A stretch of 63,219 nt of DNA, filler included, from Octopus bimaculoides (GCF_001194135.2; 5 parts of 5 records of this genome joined end to end with filler, not necessarily neighbours in it); one strand, 5' to 3'; positions 1-13,019 are shown, counted from the whole stretch's first letter. The notes: a model not told the origin generated them from the letters alone. Numbers and translations: made by a program.

Positions 1-38
<38 letters not shown>

Positions 39-164
39 TATATATATATGTTAAATATATAATTATAGAAATATGATTATAATTAAGGGCGCTGGAAGTC
101 CAGTGCCAAAATGCGAGAGGTAGATGTCAAATATTTATAAGCCACCTTGAATTTGTTCTCAGTT

Positions 165-590
165 ATTCTTTTCTACTCTTGGCACAAGGCCCGAAATTTT
201 TAGGGAGGGGGCCGGACGATTAGATCAACACCAGTACGCAACTTGATCTATCGACCCCGAAGTGATGAAAAGCAAAGTCGACCTCGGTGGGATTTGGACT
301 TAGAACGCAAAAACAGACGAAATATCGCTAAGCATTTCGGCCGGCATGCTAACGTTTCTTATTTCTTAACTGCCCAGAAGGGGCTACACACAGAGGGGAC
401 AAACAAGGACAGACAAACGGATTAAGTCGATTATATCGACCCCAAGTGGTAACTGGTACTTATTTAATCGACCCCTTAAGGACGAAAGGCAAAGTCCACC
501 TCGGCGGAATTTGAACGCAGAACGTAGCGGCAGACGAAATACCGTGAAGCATTTCGCCCGGCGTGCTAACGTTTCTGCCAGCTCACCGCC
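165..590 (-). mobile_element. Two tandem tRNA-headed SINE-A copies (Meta/MESC-like central domain)
   Basis: Minus strand reads ggcggtgagctggcagaaacgttagcacgccgggcgaaatgct...gttcaaattccgccgaggtggactttgcctttcgtcc...gtcgattaaataagtaccag, with A/B-box-like motifs. The two copies have different 3' tails. Many copies occur in the window. Confidence 0.85.
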
Positions 591-604
591 TTCATTTGTT
601 CTCA

Positions 605-691
605 ATTATTATAACACAAGGCTGAATGCGGGTGAATGGGCAAGAAGATTTACAGCTTATTCCCCCGCATTCAGCCTTGTGTTATAATAAT
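605..691. repeat. 33-bp inverted repeat (1 mismatch) with 21-nt spacer, mini-MITE-like
   Basis: 605-637 attattataacacaaggctgaatgcgggtgaat versus reverse complement of 659-691 attattataacacaaggctgaatgcgggggaat. Confidence 0.85.
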
Positions 692-694
692 AGT

Positions 695-957
695 GAAGGC
701 ACGTGGCTTAGTGGTTAGGGCATTTGGCTCACGATCGTAAGGTCGTGAGTTCAATTCCCGGTGACGCGTTGTGTCCTTGAGCAAGACACTTTATTACATG
801 TTGTCACGCTCTGTGTCACGCTGAATCTCCCTGAGAACTACGATAGGGGAAAACGTGTCTGTGGATTGCTCAATCACTTGCACGTTAATTTCACGAGCAA
901 GCTGTTCCGTTAATCGTATCAGCTAGGACCCTCGTCGTCGTAACCGACGGAGTGCTC
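695..957 (+). mobile_element. tRNA-headed SINE-B (V-domain-like head, internally deleted)
   Basis: A box gtggcttagtggtt, B box gagttcaattcc, motif gtgtccttgagcaagacac, tail cacttgcacgttaatttcacgagc...gtcgtcgtaaccgacggagtg shared with 7392, 30808, 34985, 45060 and 47678. Confidence 0.85.
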
Positions 958-1169
958 CCTTTATAATAATAGAGAACAAATTTTGAGTGGCTTCTAAACA
1001 TTTGACATGCTTCTAGCGTGTTGGCGTTGGCCCTCCAGCGCCCTTAACTATAATTACATTTTTACAATTATATACTTAAAAATTAATTTTACCGATGTGG
1101 TGGTTTTTTATATGCTAGTCATTGATATAATCATTTTAAGTATTATATCCTCAATTTATAAGTAAAAAT

Positions 1170-2020
1170 TGCTGAGTAAAAAGTAAGCAACATTTTGAAT
1201 CATGAAGAATTTGTACCGGATCTTTTCAGAGCTTTGTTGTTTTTTTTTATTTTTATTTTTTTTTTTTGCAATTGTCTGATATCACAGACATTGACTTGCT
1301 CAAATGCATCAATAAATTACCATCGATATTTTTTTCACCGTTGTTACAATCATCTGCAATGGAACTGTCAAAGCGTGATATTCGAGCAATTTTGCTATTC
1401 AACTTCGAAAAAAGAACGTAAAGCAGCTGAAACGACTCGCGATATCAAAGAAACCTTGGTGAGGAAATGACCAGTGAGTGGTCAACTCGAAAATGGTTTG
1501 AGACCTGAGCCTTGAAGATCGTGAGCGTAGTAGCCGCCCATCTGTATCGATGACGGTCAATTAAAGACCATCATTGAGAAAGAGCCACGTTAAACCACTC
1601 GAGAACTGGCAATAGAACTTCAAGCTAGCAAGAAAACTGTCTGCAACCATTTGCATGCGATCAGAAAATGTTTCACTAATGACGTTTCAGAAGTTGAGGG
1701 AACTTGGCTTCGAAGTTCTTCCCCACCCAGCTTATTCCCCAGACCTTTCTCCTACCGACTGCCACTTTTTCGAGCACCTCTGATGGTTTCCTGCGAGAGG
1801 AGGAGTTCAAAAGTGAAACCGATGTTGAAAGTGCGTTCAAAAAGTTCATCAACTCCAGAACTCCAGATGTTTATGTTACCGGAATAAACAAACTTATAAT
1901 TCGTTGGCAAAAATGTGCTGATTGTAATGGTACCTACTTTGATGAACAAAATTTCCGCAATGTTGAAATATATTGTGATAAGTTTCTTGTTTCAAAACGT
2001 TGCTTATTTTTTGCTATATA
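1170..2020 (+). mobile_element. Internally deleted mariner, Hsmar1/cecropia-like transposase pseudogene
   Basis: From ATG 1359: MELSKRDIRAILLFNF..AAETTRDI...DLSLEDRERSSRPS...TTRELA, with stops and frameshifts. It then jumps to QKLRELGFEVLPHPAYSPDLSPTD..DGFLREEEF..GINKLIIRWQKCADCNGTYFD (ends about 1946). Imperfect TIR cores at 1176-1199 and 1991-2014. Confidence 0.92.
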
Positions 2021-2284
2021 TATANNNNNNNNNNNNNNNNNNNNNNNNNNNNNNNNNNNNNNNNNNNNNNNNNNNNNNNNNNNNNNNNNNNNNNNNNNNN
2101 NNNNNNNNNNNNNNNNNNNNNNNNNNNNNNNNNNNNNNNNNNNNNNNNNNNNNNNNNNNNNNNNNNNNNNNNNNNNNNNNNNNNNNNNNNNNNNNNNNNN
2201 NNNNNNNNNNNNNNNNNNNNNNNNNNNNNNNNNNNNNNNNNNNNNNNNNNNNNNNNNNNNNNNNNNNNNNNNNNNNNTATATAT

Positions 2285-2758
2285 AGGCACAGGATGGGGA
2301 TGAGTGGTAAGGAGCTTGCCTCCCAATCATATGGTCCCGCGTTCAGTCCCACTGCGTGTTACCTTGGTTAAGTGCCTTCTACTGTAGCCTCGGGCTGACC
2401 AAAGCCTTGTATGTGGATTTGGTAGACGGAAACTTAAAGCCCGTTATGTATGTGTGTGTGTGCGTGTGTGTGTGTGTGTGCGTGCGTGTATGTGTGTGTG
2501 TGTGTGTGTGTGCGTATGTGTGTATGTGTGTATTTGTGTGTCCATGTTTGTTCCCCACCATCGCTTGACAGCCGATGTTAGTGTTTTTACGTCCCCTAAC
2601 CGATGTTGGTGTGTTTACCCAACGGTTCAGCAAAAGACCCGATAGAATAAGTACTAGGGTTACAAAGAATAAGTGCTGGTGACGATTTGATCTATTAAAC
2701 GCAGTGCTTGAACATGGTCGCAGTCAAATGACTGAAACAAATAAAAGAATAAAAGAAT
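2285..2758 (+). mobile_element. SINE-C: tRNA-like head, internal (GT)n, LINE-like tail
   Basis: Head agtggtaaggagcttgcctcccaatcatatggtcccgcgttcagtcccactgcg, body agacggaaact..aagcccg + microsatellite, tail catggtcgcagtcaaatgactgaaacaaataaaagaata. Copies at 8822, 28400, 35955, 57705 and 61295. Confidence 0.82.
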
Positions 2759-3585
2759 ATACACACGCACACGCACACACTCGGATACATGTATACGCAC
2801 ACACACACACATATATATATATATATACAGATAGGTGCGGGGGTGCGCTCGCGTACTGACGTGCGTGCTTGTGTGTGTGTGTGTGTGTGTGAGTGTGTGT
2901 GTGTGTGAGTGTGTGTGTGTGTGTGTGTGTACGCGCGCGCGTATCTATGCATATAATTTGGAAGAAAAAAGAAAAGAGACAGTAGTAAATGACTCATACT
3001 GCCCCACGGACAAAACCTACTTTCTTTTACTGGTTTTACTAGTTACGAATCGATAGAATTAAAATTTGCTTTGGACTTGCTAATCTGTTTGTCGGGGTAA
3101 AACTATCTCCAAGGAACCTCAACTTTATGGTGGACTATAATTGACATTGGCATATTAATTATAGGATTCAGACAAATATGTGTCGAATTCTACATATTCA
3201 GACCAATCTAGTCTGAGAAATAATCTCACAAAGTTATCATGAAACAACAACACAGTCACACTCACACAAATATGTAAACTGAGAAGTTTGTTTCTATTCG
3301 AGTTTAACCATTTGTGGTCTTGCGGGTGACAAATTCAGATATTGAAACAAAGACATTTCTTTCTGTGCGCATCATTCTCATTGTACGATTCATTGACAGG
3401 AGTGCTTTCATTAATCAATTTGTTTTGACAGTTGGCTATGACCTAGAGAGTAACAGCCTGTTGTCTACTTCTGTCTTGCTACCGTTCTGCAAGTATAATT
3501 TGCATTGCCGCCCCTGGTAAGTAACAATAATACTAAAGACCTTCGAATCATCTAGTTGGTATAAATCCTAGAACTGCTGCGTACG

Positions 3586-3628
<43 letters not shown>

Positions 3629-4445
3629 AGAAAAAGAGAGAAATATTAATGTTTATGCATGTGTATATGTTCATTAATGTTTACTCTACGTGTGGTGGGG
3701 GGACATGTTGGAGAAAATAGGAGGTCAAAAGTGAAGTAGACCAACAAATAGCAACTCGATATAACAGATGGATGGATGTGGGGGGTGAGTAAGACTGCTT
3801 GAATCAAAATGTATAACTCTGAATATTTGAATGAGTGCCGGATTTATTACATACTGTATAATTTTTATTTTTAAATGTCATTGGAATGTACAGAAAATAG
3901 TCAAAACATCCCACTACGAATTAACATAGTAGCGATGTCAAGATTGAAAACGATGTTGGCAAGATATTCATGGAAAGAATTTTATGTACGCTCGACATAA
4001 GAGAAAATATATTTTTTCAAACTCTCGTTGTCCCTCTAACGGCCACAGGTATTACATAGGAGATAATCATTTCAACATGATTCAAAACAGGATTACAATT
4101 TTCAGAATTGAAGAATTATAGGCCAAAAACATAGAATTCATGTTATTAAGTGTTTTGTATGTTAATTTTTTGGTGAATTATTCAACCCTCAAAGAATCCC
4201 TCTCAACGCATGTCTATGATGCTCTTTCACTACTCCTGCTCAGGATCATAGATACACATATAGTCAGCCAGTAAGGGACATGCTCAGCTGATTAAGGTCA
4301 AACAACTGACAAGTAAATCTGTAGTATTGAGCAGAATATTTGCTGTTGCCCATCTATGTTACCAAGAAAAATCATGTACATGATAACACTTCCAATCAAT
4401 TAAGATGAGAAGCCATGAAAACCACTGCTTGGTACTGCATCAGGG

Positions 4446-4448
<3 letters not shown>

Positions 4449-4500
<52 letters not shown>

Positions 4501-4542
4501 GTTGTTGTTGTTGTTGTTGATGTTGCTGTTGTTGTTGTTATT

Positions 4543-4586
<44 letters not shown>

Positions 4587-4590
4587 TAAT
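4449..4590. repeat. Compound trinucleotide microsatellite (ATT)n(GTT)n(ATC)n
   Basis: Directly visible. Confidence 0.97.
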
Positions 4591-4592
4591 AA

Positions 4593-5592
4593 GGTGGTGA
4601 GCTGGCAGAATTGTTATCACACCGGGCGAAATGCTTAGCAGTATTACGTCTGTCTTTACGTTTTGAGTTCAAGTTCTGCTGAGGTCGACTTTGCCTTTCA
4701 TCTTTTCGGATTCGATGAATAAAGTACCGGTTGCATACTGGGATCGATCTAATCGACAGATCCTTCCCCCAAAATTTCAGACCTTGTGCCTTTAGTAGAA
4801 AGGATTATTATTATTATCATTATTATTATTATCATTATTATTATTATTATAATTATTATTATTATTGAGAAAGCAGCGAGCTGGCAGAATCGTTAGCACG
4901 CTGGACGGAATACTTAGCGGTATTTCGTCTGTCTTTACGTTCTGAGTTCAAATTCCACCAAGGTCGAATTTGTCTTTCATCCTTTCGGGGTCGATAAATT
5001 ACGGACCATATGTGCGCGACATGGTGATCTCATACAAAGATAAACAGTGCATGACCTTGCAGGTGGGGTCAAATTAGGGTTTTCTTTCAGGTCCAGTAGC
5101 CTATCTCGTTGTTGTTGCTGTTGTTTTTGTCGTTAAGAACGTGAGCTGGTGGATCGTTAGCACACTGAGCAAAATGCTTAGGGGCATTTCGTCCGCCTTT
5201 ACGTTCTGAGTTCAAATTTCGCCGAAGTCAGCTTTGCCTTTCGTCCTTTTGGGGTCGATAAAATAAGTACCAGTTGAGCACTGGAGTCAATTTAATCGGC
5301 CTGGCCTCTCCACCGAAATTGCTGCCTTTGTGCCAAATTTTTAAGTTAATAATATATCGTTATTGTTGTTGTTTCAAGGCGGCGAGCTGGCAGAATCGAT
5401 ACCGCACCGGGCAAAATGCTAAGTGATATTTCGTCCGTCTTTATGTTTTTATATTCTGAGTTCAAATTCTACTGAGATAGAATTTGTCTTTCACCCTTTC
5501 GGAGTCGATAAAACAAGTACCAGTTACGCACTGGGATCGATGTAATCGACTTAGCTCCTTCCATAAATGTTCCGGCTTTGTACCTATAGTAC
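4593..5592 (+). mobile_element. Head-to-tail array of four SINE-A copies separated by (ATT)/(GTT) tracts
   Basis: Heads gagctggcagaat/gagctggtggat at about 4599, 4878, 5142 and 5384. The second copy is truncated and joined to an unclassified repeat (about 5007-5105) also seen at 36990-37235. Confidence 0.85.
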
Positions 5593-7254
5593 AAGGTATT
5601 GTTGTTGTTTCAACAAGCTTTTCCCATAAATATAACTAATTCTATGCCTTTAAGCTGCAACGACACGACTGTAAGAATGAAACGAGAATCTTATGTTTAC
5701 CACAGTTAACTCTGTTAAAATATTTAGTGAAGAAAACGGTTACCATCTGAAGGTGGAGACAGTCTCTACTGTGATCAGCTGGCACATGATTTTAGCTAGT
5801 ATTATAATTAAACTGTTCGAGTTTAGTTGTAAAATGTCGACACAGTTCCGTTGAAGAGGTGCAAAGTAGCAAAGACGGAGGAACATGAAAAAGATAAATT
5901 ATTCAGCAATAAGCTAAAAAGATATTAATTTCTTCTTTCATTTATTTATTTTTTCAAACATCGATATTGTTTTCTCACTCTCAACATTTTCTTTCTCTCT
6001 GCTTTTCAATTCTCATTTTTGATTTAACATCTTTCACCTTTTTTCATACATTTTCTACCATTTTGTATTGTTTTCCCCATTTTCCCACTCTTCCATTCTC
6101 CTACAGATTCTCTTGCCTTTATTCTCAAACATGCACAGTCTCTTTTTCTCTCTCTCTCTTTCTCTCTTTCTCTCTTTCTCTTTCTGTCTCTCTTTCTTCC
6201 CCTCTCTCTCTATCTCTCTATCTCTCTCTCACGCTTTATTTTTCCTTTCATCATTATTTCTTTCTCTTCAAAACTTTTTGTCACTTCATTTTTTCATATT
6301 ATTTCCTTCTCAAATTTTTTTCACTCTCTTTTTTACACTTAATCTCTGTCCTAAACTATCTTCTCAATTTCTTTCTCTTCTGCTTTGTCTCTTAGCCGTT
6401 ATCACTCTCTTCTCCTCTCTTCTCTCCCCTCTTTGTCTTACTCTTTCAGCTTCTCTCTCTAACTAGCTTTCTCTTGAACTATCCTGCAACTACTTTCAAC
6501 CGCTTTCAACTACTTTATCATTCAAATGTTATATTTAGCCATCCTTCTATCCATCTATCTACCTTGCTAACAATAAATCTATACATTTATTTGCTTCCCA
6601 TCTTCATTTCTTTTGAGATGCTTGTAGCAAAAGATCCAGCTGTTTTTGTAAGACCGAAACATCAAATTCAAAATTGATTTTTAATTATAGTATATCAAGT
6701 ACGTTTCGTTCTTCTTTTCTGTGTATTTTTTATTCAACTATCGATTTTCTTGGTTATTATTCTTTGTGTTGATTTATTGATTTTTACGATTTCATTTAGT
6801 ATACTTTTTTTATAGTTTTATTAGCTATATTTATACTTGTAATTTTTTCATGGTAGAGCCAGGAGATATTTAATTCAGCATGAAAGTTAAAGAATGAACA
6901 ACATTGAACCTCGCTTCTTTTATATCACTTTCGAAACCAGATTTCAACTACAGAAGGGAAAAAAACACTTTTCTATATTTCTTAATCCTTATTTAAAGGA
7001 AAAGACATAATTATCTCCGATAGAAAACCATGCATTTATAGGAAAGTGTTAATGAAATTAACTTACAATCATAGATTTCTCGGGGGCTTTAGCGGGAAAG
7101 GAGAAGCGATTTTATTTCAACAGGAAATCGAAACCGTTTCGCAAGACTGGTTCAGAGGAAGTCGAAACCTTACAGAGCCTAATAAAACACTTTTAATTCT
7201 CGCCATCATGACTGCTGGTTATCATCTCTCTGCTGGCGATCATGCTTTTACACA

Positions 7255-7342
<88 letters not shown>

Positions 7343-7391
7343 ACGTCCATTCCCAAGCAGAGCTTTGTTTTACGTATAGAGACACTGATGT

Positions 7392-7711
7392 AAAGGTGCG
7401 TTGTTTAGTGGTTAGGGTGTTCAGCTTACGGTCGCAAAGTGGTGAATTCGAAAACCGGAGGCGCGTTGTGTCCTTCAGCATGACACTTTATTTCACATTG
7501 TTCCAGCCTAATCAGCTGCCAAAAATGCGTAGTGTCTGTATTTTAAAGGGACAGCCTTGTCACACACTGTGTCATGCTGAATCTCCCTGGGAACAACGTT
7601 AAGTGTACGCGTGTTTGTGGAGCGCTCAGCCACTTGCACGTTAATTTCACGAGCAGGATGTTCTGTTGATCGGATCAGTTGAAACTCTCGTCGTTGTAAC
7701 CGACGGAGTGT
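7392..7711 (+). mobile_element. SINE-B copy
   Basis: tttagtggttaggg head, gtgtccttcagcatgacac, cagccttgtcacac and cacttgcacgttaatttcacgagc tail. Confidence 0.82.
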
Positions 7712-8821
7712 AAGTTAGAGATACTCTTACATAAAAGGCAAGTTGTAAGTTTAGCTACATCTATATCAATTGTTCAAACAATCACTAAACGAAGTGTTCT
7801 TGAAGAACATCTTTTAGCAGTTCAGTAACTTTGAATTAATACCTCCGCCCTGAGGACACTGAAAATATTCGATAAAAATCTTTGGGCCGATGGGGCTGTT
7901 CTTTGGGACGATTAATACTTGTGGGTCAAAAGACAGTTGACTGAATTATTGCTGTGGAAAGCTGGCATCGTAAAAGAAATAAAAATATATATGATAATGC
8001 AATAAAATACAATGTACTAATATACATTTATGATCTATACATAATTACTATTATTTATTTTACTCTGTTTCCTAAAATATAATGATATAGCTATAATAGT
8101 TTATCATTAGATGAAATCACAAGGGAGTGAAAAGCTGAATGAGTGTAATATTCTTTCCATAACGGCAAATCGACTTAAAATTTTCTTTAATGATACACTC
8201 GATAAATAAATTAGCTATATTATTCACCATTAACATCGCAGTTTTGTGATACTTCAAAGTATTTTAACATAGTTTCAGTTTCATTTTCTTCATGTATGAA
8301 GAGAAAATTTTGGTTAAGTCAATGCTGGCCTCTCGCCGCGTCAGATTCCGTGCTCCGCCGCCATAGTGAAACCAAATAATCTTGTGACAACCAGTGAAAC
8401 TTATAGCTATTCTGATAGCACAGCACTGACTAGCCTTGCTATACAATAATTTGGTAACTTACTCTGAACTTTACTTCTTTATGATACTGGCAGCTAGATG
8501 AAAAGAGCCATTGAAAATAATGCTTTTTGTTTTATCTGAAACAAAGTAGAGCCGAGTAATATGTCATTAACACTAGCACTTTCATCGTGGCTGAAGAATG
8601 GGTTTGAGGTGAGAGAGACACGCGTAATTCAATCAATGGTTAACATATTTCCAACATATAATTTGTCGACCCCAAAATAATAATTGGCGAAGTTGACTCG
8701 TTATATTTCTCACACAATATGAAGAGTGACGAAATTAAATGTTGCAGCCTATGGTGTTTTACGGTCTCCTGTAGCTCACGACACTATCACAACAAAGTTT
8801 ATATTGCTTAAATTTTCCTAA

Positions 8822-8961
8822 GCGTGGCTGTATGGTAAGAAGTTTGCTTCCTAACCACATGATTTTAGGTTCAATCCCACTGTGTGGTACTTTGGGCAAG
8901 TGTCTCTGGCCGACTAAAACCTTGTGAGTGGATTTGTTAGACGGAAACTGAAAGAAGCCCG

Positions 8962-8996
<35 letters not shown>

Positions 8997-9230
8997 TGTG
9001 TGTGTTTGTATGTTTATGCTTATCCCTCCACCGTCCGTCGCTTGACAACCGATATTGGTGTGTTTATGTCCCCTTAGCTTAGTGGTTCGACAAAAGAGAC
9101 TGAGAGAATAAGTACTAGGCTTACAAAGAATAAGTCCTGGGGTTGATTTGTTCGACTAAGGGCGGTGCTCCAGCATGGCTGAAACACCATGACTGAAACA
9201 GCATGACTGAAACGAAAAAAAGAATAAAAG
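8822..9230 (+). mobile_element. SINE-C copy with internal (TA)n
   Basis: Same head and body as 2285-2758. The tail has a short tandem triplication of catg(a/g)ctgaaac. Confidence 0.82.
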
Positions 9231-9719
9231 CCGCAAATTACCCAAGTGGGGATGGGTCAATTTAGCTGATTGAATCCACTCTCGTTGGTATATATCTGAG
9301 ACATGTTTCATCGATCTCAAATTGATGCAAAGCAAAATTAACTCCACTGGTTTTGAACTCAGGCTTTACTGGGATTTAACTGAATTGTGTTAATTCTTTA
9401 TTTAGGTAATCAATTGTTTGTAAGTTTCTTTTGCCCTTAACCTTTTATTACAATATATTATTAACAATAAATTGATAAATGATTTTCTAATTCTATTTCA
9501 CTTTAAAATTTTAAATATTTGCTTTTTCAATAAAACTATTATATGAAAGAAAGCATTCAAAAACTTAAATCTCTTCGTCACTAGCACTAAATAAACTATA
9601 TCTGCTAAACGGAATTTTAAAATTATAAATGAGTGACAAACAAACAAAAAATTGTTATTAAGAATAATTAGCTAAAAAGAATATAATTATTTTAATGACT
9701 GTGAAACAAATTAATGTAA

Positions 9720-11480
9720 GAAAGTTCTTTTAACGAGTAGCGAGATAAGCTTGATTAATTCAACAATTTGGTGATTCAGTAGCTGTGTGGTTAACATTAT
9801 TAAACCCGCAATCAAGCTTGCTACAGGTACATGATTTACTAAAGCACAGAGCCACACATTTTGAAGGGAGGTAAAAGAAACTGTCATATTCACCTGTTTT
9901 ATCAAAAACCGTATCAGTCTGAAATAATTCATTTCTATTAGGAATCGAAACTTCATTGCAGACTTTCATTCACATTACTCGGTAAATGTTTATCAGTTTT
10001 TAGCACCATTGACCCAAAAGTAGGAGCAGTACACAGCTAAGGATCTTATCTGATCTCTGTAGTACGTTGCTAGTTTTTGAAGGTTGAAGCATTTTCTGCT
10101 CCTGAGCAGATCAATCTTGTAAAGCAGCTTTTGTTAAGTGAAGGATTTGCACTTGTTAGAAAAGATTGTCATTGATACTCAGACTCGTAAACATAGCGAC
10201 CTTGAAGATTCTTGTACCATGGGATTATGGTATTGTTATCATGACACATGCAATGATTTTGTTTTTGTGCTGCTAAAGGCCACAACTCTGGCCTAAAGCC
10301 CGCTGGGGGACGTTTCGAGAGTTTTGTGAATAGAGACAGTGTAAGTGGGTGCAAAAGAAATGAAAGTTAGTTTCATCTGCATAAGAGTAAGCGTTGTTGT
10401 AGATAACAGCAAGTAGGTCGTTGATGTATAAAAAGAATAGAATGGAGAAGCGCGAATTGAGTATGAGTCAGTAAGAGCTCCATCAGCCCAATCTGCGACA
10501 GTGTGATCTAACAAGAAGCCACCCACTGATCTAAAAGAAAATAGATAGATAGAACCGTGAGTAGAGAGTGTTGCTGGGAGATGCACATATCCAGTAAGGT
10601 AGAATATTTTAATGATATCATGAAAACGAAAGTATTTGTCCTAAATGTCTTTAATGTAACGATCTACAAATTAGTAACACAGAAGAGCAGCTTCTCATTA
10701 TATCTGACTACACGGCAGCCGTTCTACGGATTGCTGAGGGACTCAAAATGCTAGAGAAAATGGTTAACCACAACCTTTCTGACGACCGAACTGTTGTGTG
10801 TGCAAGGAAGAGACTCAAATATCTGTGGACAATATACTCCAATATTTAATTTAAAAAGTCCAATCGGACATTTATGAATAAGAAAGACACTTGTAGACTA
10901 GTCTTTTTAGATGTTTTAACAATGGAATCATCAGACATTTGCTTCATAAATATAATTCAATGCATTAATTTATTTTCCCTGCGACATAGAGAAAACATAT
11001 AACACAAGCAGTATGTACTCTCGACTCTAGGATGTTTTGGTACTGTACTATCATCAGAGATTATTCTAACCACAAATCTTGAAAGATGATTTAATGCAGA
11101 AAAGTCTTGACATTAAATTGATGTGATTATACTAGGCTTTACACAGCGCCGTCATTTATAATTCAGTAATAATGCCATAGATTTATCATGCAATTTTGTG
11201 AAGTAGTATCATACAACCTGGACTCACGTTTCGTGATTTACATTGTGATTTACAGACAAATATTCAGTTATTTTGACAAAGTGGTAGGAAATGGAAACAG
11301 TAACAAAACAGTAACAGTTTTATAGTTTTACTTCCCAATTTAACCTAGATGAGATATAATAGCAGTCTCAGTAGCAACAGTGGCTATTGTGCTGGAGACT
11401 GTGGGTTACAGAGGCAAGTAGCAGCAAGCAATCCAGCTTCATCTGATAAATCTCTGAATCCCAATAGAGAATAATGAGTA
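9720..11480 (-). mobile_element. Highly decayed APE-type LINE (Jockey/I/CR1-group) ORF2 remnant
   Basis: Minus strand 10372-10446 reads LFFLYINDLLAVIYNNAYSYADET (RT YADD motif region). Downstream RSRKCFNLQKLATYYRDQIRSLAVYCSYFW resembles the LLTLYKAQIRP.LEYCSH.W C-terminal motif. Extension above 10550 rests on weaker motif similarity. Confidence 0.7.
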
Positions 11481-13019
11481 AAGTTCAAGCGAAGCAACTG
11501 GTAGCTTTTATAGCTACACTACATTGTTCACAATCGTTAAGAGAAACATCCATTTGACCTATTTTCCATCAATGAAATATGGTTTGACTGAATATTTTTT
11601 GTCGATAATTTTGTGGTCAATCCATTGAGGAATCTCAATGCATATTTCCTAAAGCTATTTCCATTTATTTTCCGGTTTTCTCAACTTTTCTACGCCAAAC
11701 TTGTCTGTCATCATCTTGCCGAATCGACTGATTACCAGAAAAAAAGCTGGTTCATATAATCTCACCGGCGTTACGAATGTTTCATGGCAACATCGCTTTA
11801 AAAGATCACTGGCTTAGTCCACATAACTACAAAAACACTTCTTCAATGGCAGCGTGAGTAGCATATAATTAACGAATATCTCGCTGGTTTAAAGTACTTA
11901 ATTAAAGGTCTCCAATGGGTCTAGACCCAACTTATTAAGAGTGGAGATAAAAATCAATCAACCTTATTCGCAACTTTCTTACCATATAATATTTATCAAG
12001 ACATCAAAGTATTTCCGCGATTAACAAAATTTTGAAATTTCCTTTTTTCATAATTTTATGTTCCTTTAATTTTAACATAAAAAATTAATATCCTTTTTAA
12101 GATTAAATCTTTAAATTTTGATCCTTTTAGCTCCTAGCACATCAGCAGACTTTGTGGCTTCTACTTTAGTTCTTGTGCCATTATCAATTTTTAATGTACA
12201 CTCTAACGTTCTACTTGAAGTTAATATAGTTTAGTTACTAGCAAATTCGCTTGCTATGCCACGCTGGGGAAACATTTATAGAATTGATTTGCTTCTTGCA
12301 AGATGCTGCATGAACACAGCTAATGATAATTAATCAACGAACTTTATTAATCTTTTCAAGTATATATGAGAATATTTAACTTTAAATCCTTATTTACTTT
12401 GAAAACATGCAAACTTAAATCATAAATTATATAATCAGGCAATTCACACCCACTCTCTAAAATTACTGACCTTGTGCTAAAATTTGAGACCATTATTATT
12501 ACTATTAATACAATTCATTGTGATATTATTATCAGGTTTGTGTGGGTGGTACAGATAGTAACGCACTGAGCAGTAATTAATTTCGTTGGTTAATTACTGA
12601 CCTACAAGTCAGCTTCGACTTAGCATTTTATTGCACCGCTGGTCTGCATGAAATATTAACTGCATCCAGTTTCAATGAACTTGAGCTGCTCCAGCACATC
12701 ATTTGAATGTGTGTATCTAAGTACAAATTATATTGTTCAATAGAAATTTAAGCAGAGCCAAGGGGTTACTAATGAACCGAGTGTACACTAAAACCCAAAT
12801 AACAGCTAAGACAGAAACAATAACAACAGACCTTTTCGCTTAGTGTATAAAATGCCAGTGTTCTAAACTTTATGAATACATGACATAATGTCAATATCCT
12901 GCCTTTATAGTAGGAATGATAGTTAGTCTATATGTATTGATTGATTTTGACTGGATACATGACAGTCAATGATTTTAGAAAACATATTATAATCGACTCA
13001 ATTTACTCAAATATATTGG

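Noticed and set aside
4593-5592. Regularly spaced repeats resembling a CRISPR array
   Set aside because: Units are about 200-nt diverged SINEs in a eukaryotic context, with no short identical repeats, unique spacers or cas genes.
5967-6470. F/S/L-rich ORFs suggesting a membrane protein, and the mirror-image GA-rich tract at 38180-38550
   Set aside because: CT/GA low-complexity tracts with no codon structure.
8264-8446. 60-aa minus-strand ORF (GCHKIIWFHYGGGAR...) as a protein exon
   Set aside because: No recognisable family and no convincing splice pair. Kept only as a GC-rich patch.
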